The notes under the pieces were generated by a model that searched no databases, was not told where the DNA came from, and saw nothing but the letters and a program-made list of their open reading frames with translations. A stretch of 53,139 bases of DNA, the filler included, from Dirinaria sp. TL-2023a (lineage: Eukaryota), in the NCBI GenBank assembly GCA_051941275.1. It is 3 parts of 3 records of this genome, joined end to end, with 100 filler letters (N's around TTAATTAATTAA, not from the genome) between each part and the next. Parts side by side here need not be neighbours in the genome. Positions count along the whole stretch, not along the records: positions 1 to 17,666 come from JAVEBF010000417.1; positions 17,767 to 35,409 come from JAVEBF010000418.1; 1 more part is not named here. One strand, written 5' to 3'. The translations under genes were made by a program, and so were the position numbers. Positions 12,564 through 21,879 of this stretch are shown piece by piece (position 1 is the stretch's first letter; each line of letters starts with the position of its first letter).

Positions 12564-15500
12564 ATGTCCAGCAACAGCAACTTCGACGAAGATGCTTCCA
12601 GAAGAACATATACGGCGCCCTATACATCGCACAACAAAGTTCCAAATATTCAGGAGTACCGAGAACATCGGGACCAACGAAAGGTAGAAGCCGCAGCCGC
12701 GTTTCCGGACCGTGTCCCTTCAGACGATGTACAAGAGGGTAAGTCTGACGGGGTCATTGATTCGGTCAAGAAACAGCTCCACCTGAAGGGCTCTTCCGAA
12801 GACAATGTGTCGAATGCGGAAACTCCCTACTCCAGTCATAACCGTAACATTGAACAGCCCGCTCCAACAGAAAACAAGCAAGATGAAAAAGCAGAAAATC
12901 GTGCCTCGGAAGAGAAGCAGGATGGGCAGAAGGAATCTGCAAAGGGCGAACAATCTCATGACACTGTCGAATCGGCAGCAAACGAACTTGACCCGCGGTC
13001 GAAAAGAAAGGCCATGAAGCATATGGAACGCGACCGGGCAGGACGTGAAGTCACTGACCCCGTTACTCATTTACCTGTGATGATACATGATTCCACGAAC
13101 AAAGAGCTTGGGAGGGTGCCAGAAAACGAGCCACCTCCGGGGTCGGGCCCTCGAACATCTACTGGTTTTAGTGCATACTCAAAAAGCGAGAGTCAGCTTG
13201 CAGCAGAGACAGATGAAGTAGATGCAGAGCATAGAGGCATGGAAAAGCTTTTCCCACCGCCGAACTTCGATGCTGCAAGAGAAAAGCTCGCTACTCTCTA
13301 TAGGCTTGCAATTACCATCGGGCTAGGCTCGCTCTGTGCTTTATCATTGGTCCTACTCGTTGGATCACACATCTATTCTCACACACGCAATCATGGTCTC
13401 CAAAGCCAATGGCCTGCTTTACTCATTTCCTCCTCTCTGCTTCTCGTGACTGGTGCATCAGTAGAGGCTGGCTTGATTTGGGGCCTCCAAGACTGGATTA
13501 GGATCAAAGTACAGAACATATGGGACGAAGAGATCTGGGATGCTGCCAAAATCGCTGAAAAGGAGATGGCTCAGTCACCAACACCCGAATCTACCCAATG
13601 GCTCAACTCACTTTTGTCATCCTTCTGGTCACTCATCAATCCTGACCTCTTTACGAGCTTAGCAGATACGCTTGAAGACGTGATGCAAGCGTCTTTGCCG
13701 AGAATGGTCAAGATGATCAGCGTAGAAGATCTCGGCCAAGGGAACGAGTCCATTCGTGTTCTCGGCGTCAGATGGCTCCCTACTGGCGCAGCTGCGCGAG
13801 ATGTATCCGTCGATGGTCGAGTAATGTCTGGCGACCAGAAGGATAAGAGTGACCGAAAGGTTCCCGGAGAGGGTGCAGTAGATAAAGGAGCGAAGTCAGA
13901 TGATAACAGCCACAATGACGATCAAAGCGGAGACGAAAAGCAGCAAATGGGTGATGAGACAAACATCGCTGAAGGAATGGAAGCTGAACAAGGTGACTTC
14001 GTCAACATGGAAGTAGCATTCTCGTACAGAGCGTCTAGCACTGGCAAAAGCCTGAAGCTCAAGGCGAAAAACGCCCATCTCTACCTAGCGTTCTATCTCC
14101 CCGGTAAGATCAGGTTGCCAGTTTGGGTAGAACTTCGAGGGATTGTCGGCACAATGAGACTGCGCCTGCAACTCTGTCCTGATCCCCCCTTCTTTAGTCT
14201 TTGTACTCTGACACTTTTGGGGCAACCAAAGGCCGATATCTCATGTGTACCACTGATTAAGAAAGGATTAAACATAATGGATCTGCCGCTTATATCATCC
14301 TTTGTTCAAAGCGCTGTAGATGCTGCTTTGGCGGAGTATGTCGCTCCAAAAAGCTTGACGCTGGATGTGAAAGACATGTTAATGGGAGACGATTTCAAAA
14401 AGGATACATCAACTCGAGGGGTACTAGTGGTCCGCATTGTCAAAGGGGAAGGCTTTAAGGAAGGAGATCCTGGGATAGTTGGGAAAAGGGGTTCGTCTGA
14501 TGCCTACGTGACCACCGGTTGGGGGAAATTTGGTAAGCCTGTATGGTCAACAAGAGTAATAGTGGACGACATGCACCCGGTATGGGACGAAACGTCCTTC
14601 ATACTTGTCGGTCAGGAGGAGCTTAATGCGGATGAGCGCCTGAGGATCCAACTGTGGGACTCGGATCGCGCATCAGCCGATGACCATCTTGGCAAAATAG
14701 AGGTTGACCTCAAGGAGCTGATGCACGACAAGAGGTCTCGTAGTAGAATATGGGATCGAAAAGATAGCTTCATGGGTCTTGAATCCAAGGACAGTATGCC
14801 AGGCTCCCTCTACTGGAGTGTCGGCTTTTTTCCTAAGACCAAGATTCAAGACACGCAACTGCAGCAGCAGCAAGTCGAGCCAGATATCAAAACAATACAA
14901 CAGTTGAAGGAGAAAGTATCGAAGGAAGTCGATAGGAAGCTTCGCGAGGCAACGGATAGAGAGACGACGCTTGAGACTGATCAGCAAAAGGCGCAGGACT
15001 TGAAAGTCAAAGAAGATAGCATGATCATTTCCACTCCTCCACTGGAAGACTACCCTTCAGGCATCCTGTCCGTTCAAATCCACCAAATCACGGGCCTGGA
15101 ATTTGAACAACTCAGCAAGTCTAAGCAGGACGAGGGCGACAGCACCGAAGAAGGCTCGGACGACCTACCCTCCAGCTACTGCACTATTATTCTGAATCAC
15201 CAAAAGATCTTTAGGACACGCACGAAACCTAAGAATGCCAAGCCGTTCTTCAATGCGGGCACAGAGAGATATATCAGAGACTGGCGTACGACGGAGGTCA
15301 TGATATCTATTCGCGATTCTCGAGTGCATGAAAATGATCCATTGCTGGGCATAATCTACCTTCCGCTCAGTAAAATCTTTCATAAAAGATCGCAACTTGT
15401 CGATCAATTTCCACTTGTTGGTGGCATTGGTTACGGCCGAGCGCGCATTTCGATCATATTTCGCTCCATACAGCTGCAGGTTCCACGAGAGCTGCTCGGC

Positions 15501-16307
15501 TGGGAATACGGAACTTTGGAGGTTACAGGACCAATTACGTCGAAAGACCTCGCCGCCGATCTTTGCGGCTTACGATTAAAGCTCAGAACATCCGTCACTC
15601 GTGGCAAGGTGTATTCCACGGGCGATGGCCAAGCTTGCCAATGGAAGGGTAAACACGACCGGCCCGTCCGGCTAGCTGTTCGACAACGCTACTCTTCCTG
15701 CCTTGTTCTCGAATTCAGGAAAAATAGCTTTGGACCAGATAAAACTGCCGCGTTCGCAGTGCTGTGGCTCAAGGACATTCCAGACGAAGAAGAGAAGACC
15801 GTCACTCTACCAGTCTGGCAAGGCCACCAGATGTTGAAGCGAGCAGAGACGTGCTGCACAGATAATCTTGGGGACCCTGTGGGAAGTCTGGAGGTGCCTC
15901 TCAAGTTCTTCCACGGCCTGAGCAGCTATCACAAAAGACTTGCTAGCGATAGCCCAAGCCTCCAAGACGTTTTCGAAGTCCTCGAGACAGCCAATCAGAA
16001 TCGGGAAGTCAAAGCTGCCATGGATGGCGAAGACGATGGCTCGGGTGATTCCAGTGATTCCAGTGATTCCAGCGATGACGATGCAGGCGAAGAAGAGACA
16101 GACGACGGTAAGCGAGGACCAATCGATCAAGTCAAAGATTACAAGAAGCATTCGGATCAGCTACACAGGAGCCAAAGGGGCTTGATGCAATGGAAAGGGG
16201 CAAGAACGGGAGCTTGGATGAAGACCAAACTAGAGCATGGGAAGGACCACCTCAAGAGCAGTTTCCAACATCATGACCGGGAGCCCGGCGTTGAGACTGA
16301 AGTTTGA
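12564..16307 (+). CDS. mug190: Mug190-like / tricalbin-related SMP plus C2 domain membrane protein (1247 aa, intronless)
   Basis: REVTDPVTHLPV motif, hydrophobic hairpin, PESTQWLN at the SMP start, SMP region (LQLCPDPPF), C2 domains (SSDAYV...WSTRVI...PVWDE...LQLWDSDRASADDHLG; LPSSYCTIILN), and C-terminal LHRSQRGLMQWKGART...VETEV. Confidence 0.85.
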   Translation: MSSNSNFDEDASRRTYTAPYTSHNKVPNIQEYREHRDQRKVEAAAAFPDRVPSDDVQEGKSDGVIDSVKKQLHLKGSSEDNVSNAETPYSSHNRNIEQPAPTENKQDEKAENRASEEKQDGQKESAKGEQSHDTVESAANELDPRSKRKAMKHMERDRAGREVTDPVTHLPVMIHDSTNKELGRVPENEPPPGSGPRTSTGFSAYSKSESQLAAETDEVDAEHRGMEKLFPPPNFDAAREKLATLYRLAITIGLGSLCALSLVLLVGSHIYSHTRNHGLQSQWPALLISSSLLLVTGASVEAGLIWGLQDWIRIKVQNIWDEEIWDAAKIAEKEMAQSPTPESTQWLNSLLSSFWSLINPDLFTSLADTLEDVMQASLPRMVKMISVEDLGQGNESIRVLGVRWLPTGAAARDVSVDGRVMSGDQKDKSDRKVPGEGAVDKGAKSDDNSHNDDQSGDEKQQMGDETNIAEGMEAEQGDFVNMEVAFSYRASSTGKSLKLKAKNAHLYLAFYLPGKIRLPVWVELRGIVGTMRLRLQLCPDPPFFSLCTLTLLGQPKADISCVPLIKKGLNIMDLPLISSFVQSAVDAALAEYVAPKSLTLDVKDMLMGDDFKKDTSTRGVLVVRIVKGEGFKEGDPGIVGKRGSSDAYVTTGWGKFGKPVWSTRVIVDDMHPVWDETSFILVGQEELNADERLRIQLWDSDRASADDHLGKIEVDLKELMHDKRSRSRIWDRKDSFMGLESKDSMPGSLYWSVGFFPKTKIQDTQLQQQQVEPDIKTIQQLKEKVSKEVDRKLREATDRETTLETDQQKAQDLKVKEDSMIISTPPLEDYPSGILSVQIHQITGLEFEQLSKSKQDEGDSTEEGSDDLPSSYCTIILNHQKIFRTRTKPKNAKPFFNAGTERYIRDWRTTEVMISIRDSRVHENDPLLGIIYLPLSKIFHKRSQLVDQFPLVGGIGYGRARISIIFRSIQLQVPRELLGWEYGTLEVTGPITSKDLAADLCGLRLKLRTSVTRGKVYSTGDGQACQWKGKHDRPVRLAVRQRYSSCLVLEFRKNSFGPDKTAAFAVLWLKDIPDEEEKTVTLPVWQGHQMLKRAETCCTDNLGDPVGSLEVPLKFFHGLSSYHKRLASDSPSLQDVFEVLETANQNREVKAAMDGEDDGSGDSSDSSDSSDDDAGEEETDDGKRGPIDQVKDYKKHSDQLHRSQRGLMQWKGARTGAWMKTKLEHGKDHLKSSFQHHDREPGVETEV
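16045..16071 (+). repeat. Coding tandem repeat (GTGATTCCA)x3, encoding DSSDSSDSS
   Basis: Read directly in the sequence, within the acidic tail of the Mug190-like ORF. Confidence 0.9.
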
Positions 16308-17604
16308 TCCTGCAACAATGCCTATTGTCGAAATCCTACGCACATTGCTACCTATCGCTAATACATACCGAGTATCTTAGAAGGGAGCACGATTAGGTGC
16401 TGGAGGCAGTATTACCGCACTAGTATTATCAGTCTTCCTGAGTACAGCGAATCTCAGTCAACGCGTAGCACTCGAGATTAAAATGCGGTAAGAAGACGTC
16501 AACAAAACAAGAGATACCTGGGTTAAAAGGCGATATAAAAAGCATGGATTTTCAAAAATCGCTACAAGCATAGTCTTGCACAGCAGCGACTTGCTCAAAT
16601 GGCATGTACAATACGATAAAAAATCAACTAAGATGTACTCCGCATGTAGTGTGGTTGGTCGCTTCTGTACTTGGATCAACGCCTCTAAGGAGCACGACTC
16701 GGATGGGTTCTGGCACCGCATACTGTACGCAGTCTTTGCATTGTTTAAGGTCGCCTTCTTCGATTTCCCAAGAGGTAAAAAACCGTGCGTGGCCTATTGC
16801 TTGTACGATACGGCTGCCACAAATATATTTAGCTAGGTTCTAAGAAGCGCTCCTTACCATCAATGAAAACTATTTGTCCCACCAAGTCCTAGTCGAAACC
16901 CTGTTACGAAGTTTTCTTGCTGCCCTCACTCAGCAGCGCATTCTATATGGTGACACTGTACGAGTACTCTATTCGTGCAAATGATCAGCTGGCCGCACAG
17001 CCTCTCCATTTTTTCAATTGCAATTTGCCATGTTCTTGAGAGTGGAAAAGGTTAGTATGCTTGGAGCGGTGCTCTACATGCTCTCTCCTGAGACAGCACC
17101 CTTCGATTGGATTCTGGTGGAAAACATGGCAAGTTGAAAATTCTTGAAACCGTTCATCAGTGGAATTTTCTTAATTGTATAGCAGGAAGATCTCGTGTTC
17201 CAGAACAAAAAATCTCAACTTTTGGAGACTCTAAATTTTTTTTCTCAATCGAAAAAATTGAATAAAATCAGTCTTGAAGATGCATTATTGCACCAAAACC
17301 AATAAGCTGCTCTGCAATTGCGCGTTCTCGCAGCGGACACCTTGATGAAGTGATTTTTCGGTGAGCCAAGGAATAATGGATCCCTAAAAGGCCTAGCCTC
17401 ACAGATTCCCAATTTACCTCAATCCGGCGATCGCGTACTCGTACCCCGTCGCGTCGTCGCGTCATTCCGTCCCGCCAGATCTGTACGGACCGACGACCCA
17501 ATTCCTTCACATCTCTCTTCTCCACCAACACAATAATAAAACATCATCTCTCCAAATTTTGCACCCACCCAATCTCTCCATCCCCGCGCACCCCTCCCAA
17601 AAAA

Positions 17605-17666
17605 ATGGCAACCATAACCCTCAAACGCAAGCGCTCCTCCGACACCATCTTCCCCCACCACCCCAT
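17605..17666 (+). CDS. Possible 5' end of a gene truncated by the gap (MATITLKRKRSSDTIFPHHP...)
   Basis: ATG in an A-rich context after a C-rich 5' UTR-like tract and a CpG-rich promoter-like stretch. KRKR resembles an NLS. The frame is open up to the gap. Confidence 0.35.
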
Positions 17667-17766
17667 NNNNNNNNNNNNNNNNNNNNNNNNNNNNNNNNNN
17701 NNNNNNNNNNTTAATTAATTAANNNNNNNNNNNNNNNNNNNNNNNNNNNNNNNNNNNNNNNNNNNN
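17667..17766. other. Artificial contig-joining spacer (N44-TTAATTAATTAA-N44)
   Basis: Exactly 100 nt. TTAATTAATTAA puts stop codons in all six frames. Identical to the spacer at 35410-35509. Confidence 0.97.
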
Positions 17767-18246
17767 GGGGACATAGGTATATACTAGGCAAAGAAGGGGA
17801 GGGGAATTGGTGGATTTGTTGACTGCACTGACAAGGCATGGGACGCTGCCGGCTTGGGATCACACATCGGGCCGTAATCTCTACATATCGGTTTCAAAAT
17901 ATGCATCGGAGGCTGCATATACAGTACACCAGTCTGCATTGAAGTGGATTTCCGGAACAGCTTCAAAGTATTTTCTATGTCATCGATCGGAAGTGTGAAA
18001 TCTGTTTGACGAGGTCAGCAACCTGATTGATGCTCTCTGTCTTTCACCTAGCTTCTGGTCCTTCTCCTCACCCTGACCAAAGTTGTAATGTCAGCACGAC
18101 CCCGATTCGACTCGTTCATTTTGCACGTATGTAAAATTATTCTAAAAGCTTCGTGTCAAAGTCATTTGCCACTATTTTTCTAGAACCACAACAACCCAAG
18201 AGGCAGCTCGTTCCTCCTCGACTTCCACAACTAACCCTCGTTCTCC

Positions 18247-19393
18247 TCACGTCAGCCTCTTCCCCTCTGGCACCACCAGCACACCACGATACCTCATCTT
18301 CCCATCCTTCAGCAGCGCAAACGCCTCTTCAATCCCTTCCCGATCCATCACCAACTTGTGCACCTGCGGCTTGACCCCACGCCGCGCCGCAAAAGCCAGC
18401 ATGCGCTCGGAAACATTTCTGGACGCCACAACGCTACCCTGAATAGTAATCCCGTTCAGCAGTAACGGCATAGCCGGTAAAATCACGCTGCCCGGCCCGA
18501 TCGTGAGTGGGAAGATCTTCGCCTTGGGTGCCAGCAGCGGGAGGAAGACGCTCCGGTCGGGCTGGGCGGGCGCGGTGACCAGCAGCAAATCGAGCACAGG
18601 GCCGGGATTCGCGTCCTTGAGACTCTGGGTGGAATAATAGCATGCGCGGGCGCCGAACGAGTGCGCATCGGCGTCCTTGTCCTCGGAGCCCGAGAAGGCT
18701 ACGACGTCGCAGCCCATCTTGGACGCGAACTGAAGGCTATTATATTAGCCCGCGTCTGTCAGGTGTCAGGTAGCGTATTAGCCGCGCTGGCTCACCTGTA
18801 TAGCCAAGTGCCCCAGCCCGCCGATGCCGGCGACACCGACGCGGTGCGTAGGCTTCGCGCCGTAGGTGTCCAGGACGTTGAAGACGGTGGCGCCGGCGTA
18901 CATGAGCGGGGCGGCTTCTTCGTCCGAGAGCTCGCTGGGGATCCTGAGGAGGCGGGCTTCCTTCTTGACGATCCCGTACGCCAAGCTACCCTGATCTAGG
19001 TCTGCGCGGCCGTACATTTTGCGCTCGGGGCAGAACGTCTCAGTACCGTCCAGACATTGCATGCAGTGGCCGCACGTGTCCTGTAGGAAGCCCCAGCCTA
19101 CGCGGTCGCCGGTTTTTAGCATGCGGACCGCGGGGCCTGTGGCTGCTACTACGCCGACACCTTCGTGGCCGAGTGCTATCTGGAGGCGATGTTAGTGATT
19201 GTGAAAGAATGGGGGAGAGGGAAATAAGTACGCCATTACCCCTGAAAATGAGATCGCCGCCGCAGAGCCCGGAAACTGTGATGGAGACGAGGACCTGGTC
19301 GCCGACCAGAGGCGGACGGGTCGTCTTGGATTGAACGATGCTGCCGAACTGGGAACCTTTGAAGACTGTGAAAGTGATGTTTTTGGAACCCAT
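18247..19393 (-). CDS. Zn-dependent medium-chain alcohol dehydrogenase (cinnamyl-alcohol DH / NADP-ADH family), 3 exons, with atypical active site
   Basis: GLCGGD, ALGHEGVG, GDRVGWG, structural Zn motif CGHCMQCLDGTETFC, GIGGLGHLAIQFA and GKMRYRGVLV. Introns at about 19231-19180 and 18796-18731 keep the frame. Confidence 0.88.
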
Positions 19394-20131
19394 GGTTTCT
19401 ATATTGATCTTTATGTCTTAGCGTTCAGAGAGTAGCTTAAGACAGGGAAAATACTTAGAGAAATATAGCTCTCAGCTTTAACTTGTAACATTCTTTTCTC
19501 GAGAGATTCGAGCTTTACGAAATCGGGATCAGTTGTTTCTTACCCCGTCTGAAGTATGAAACACTGTAGCCTATGGGTGAATTCGCAGCATTACTTCGGG
19601 GATTCAGCCTTACCATAGGGCTGCCTCCGAGAATCCTGTTAGGGTGCAACACAAGCGTATTTCATCACCACTTTACTGTATGCAAGTCAGAAATATATCT
19701 ATACATCAGTAGCGCAAGGCAACCTGTCTTGCTCCCTTTTTCCTGACATGCCTGTTCCTGGCCCCATTATGCCGAGAACTAATTTACTAAATTCCTCCAA
19801 AGCCTTGCCTGTCTCTCATACTTTGAGCTGGTCGGGTGTCTATGGTGCGTGGCCATAAAACCATGCCACTGCAAGCTGCACATGCTACACAGGGATGCAG
19901 AGAGGAAAGGAGTTCGGCAGGGAAGGCCTTGTATGCGAGACCGGGCCCAAGATATTGAGCTTCCGTCCTTCAAGAGAGGGCGAATCACTTAAATGTCACC
20001 GCCTTCCCATGTCAACCCTTTAACCGAGCAATCCAAAGAGGATAGCTCAAGAGCAACAAGCTGTCCGACGACGATCCCAGAATTCTAGGCTAAGTGCTAG
20101 CAAAGCTCAGTCAAAGAAGTCTAGGGACATC

Positions 20132-21000
20132 ATGGCAACACAGCTGTCCAAAAGAGGCGATGTCAATGTCTCTAATACCATGCCTCGAACCCCGAGGCCA
20201 ATTCTCGAATCAGGATGGGCCTCCAACGAAGATTGAACCATCGATTTGTCGATGGCGGAAAATTGGTTGATTCGTGATGAGATTTCTTGAAATGGGTAGA
20301 TCAGTTGTAACAGACTGTTCGAAGCGTGAAGTAAGTGCACCAGTTTTTTAGAAGTGTACCGACGTTGATCGGGCTCAATTTAGCATCTCAACTTCCTTAA
20401 AGACTTGTGGGGGGATCCAGAACTGCTGAGGAGTCTTTTGGACTATTTCAACAGATTCTTGAGTTGTCGAACTCCGGTCTTTCATCACACATCGCTTTGG
20501 TCTCTGGGCTGCAGGCTGCATCAATGCTTTTTTTTTTTTCAACATCTGCGATACTCATGACGACGTTCTGATGTTAATTTCGTACTCGAGTAATACTTTA
20601 GACAACATCAACAACAGACGACGCTAATCCGTTGCAGATGGCTACGGATCATTCTGCCTCCTCCGCGCGGAGGTCGTTCCCGTCAAGCTACCCATACCCG
20701 GTCTCGGAGAGCCAGCCTCCTCCCCGAGCGAACTCGAGGTCACGTTCCAGAAAGCAACCCGTCCAATAAAAGTGCTGATGCTTTCGAACCCGCACAATCC
20801 GCTAGGTCGCTGCTTCACTCGCGCGCAGCTCGAGGCCTGCTTAAGCTTTTGGTAGGTCAAAGCCATTCATCTAATCTCCGACGAAGTCTTCGCGCCTCTG
20901 GTCTTCGACTCGTCCGACATTATTCCAGCGGAGCAGCATTTCATCCACACTCTGTCGCTAGATGGCGACGTCCTAGGCTGCGAACCGTGGCGCGTGCAGC
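20132..21000 (+). pseudogene. Degraded PLP-dependent aminotransferase class I/II (ACC-synthase-like) pseudogene
   Basis: Manual translation gives MATQLSKRG...(TGA 20234)...IDLSMAENWLIRDE, then WGDPELLRSLLDYFNRF...NICD, then IKVLMLSNPHNPLGRCF...(TAG 20853)...IHLISDEVFA. It has in-frame stops and frameshifts and ends before the catalytic-Lys (SKD) motif. Confidence 0.82.
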
Positions 21001-21879
21001 GAAAAAGTCTTCCTCATGACCGGAATTCGACTTCTTAGTCCCTACTGCTCTTCCCCTTAAACACGATTCGACTCAGTGCTCTGAACACTTTCTCTACAGG
21101 GTTACACAGTGACCCAAGCGCACACGCGCCTCTCCACGACCCGCACGCTATTCAAATGACATAGAAGTTTATTCTTATCATGGAAAAGTTGGTACAGCGG
21201 CGTTGTAGTGTAGATTCCTCAATCGTATGCAAAAACTTCCAGGACGCAATCGCGGCGATTGCCGATTGATGCCGATTGATGTGAAATGATGTCGTGCTTG
21301 TTGTGTAGCATCTTTTTTTTTTGTATACTATCGCGACTGCACCGTTTTATAGTAATGAGATTGTTTACTACAAGCTCAAAAAAAGAAAAAGAAAAACACA
21401 CACAAAGAATGATACGAGTCAAAAAACAGACAACGTATCGCTTTCTCTCTACCTTGCCCGCACAATATCCCGTCTTTCATCTTCAAATTATCGTCAGAGT
21501 AAACAAAAATTTCCATATTCAAGCGCGTTTAAGATTTGCGCGATCAAGAAATGTTTTTGACAGCTCGGATGATTGGAAACCGATATTACTGAAGAGATGA
21601 AGAAGGCGGGCTTGCTAAAAAAAAAAAAAAAAAAAGGCAGGCCTCTCCCAGGAAGGTTCCTAACCAAACTGAGGACAGGTCTCTGTGTGATGTTTTGGTT
21701 CAAAATTCAAGAATATGATCGAGCCTCATCGGATAAGAACTGAATAATCTCCCCTTCGAGAAGAAAGAGTAGAGAGCAGCTACCTACTGAGACCCCAACG
21801 CCTCCATGCTGTTTAGTTTACATTTTCGCTAGATGCTCGATTTCACAACTATATTTTACAACCGAAAAGTCACACCAAG

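Noticed and set aside
17711..17722. TTAATTAATTAA palindrome as a biological site (PacI-like or piggyBac TTAA target)
   Set aside because: It is centred in exactly 44+44 Ns and occurs twice identically, so it is an assembly linker.
21060..21100. CAGTGCTCTGAA resembling an LSU rRNA segment, as a possible C/D snoRNA guide on the minus strand
   Set aside because: The match is only about 12 nt, recalled from memory, and overlaps the putative D box. No convincing box C or terminal stem was found.
21686..21745. GTGATGT...CTGA as a possible C/D snoRNA
   Set aside because: Box C is imperfect, the element is short, and I could identify no target complementarity. It would need snoscan or Infernal.
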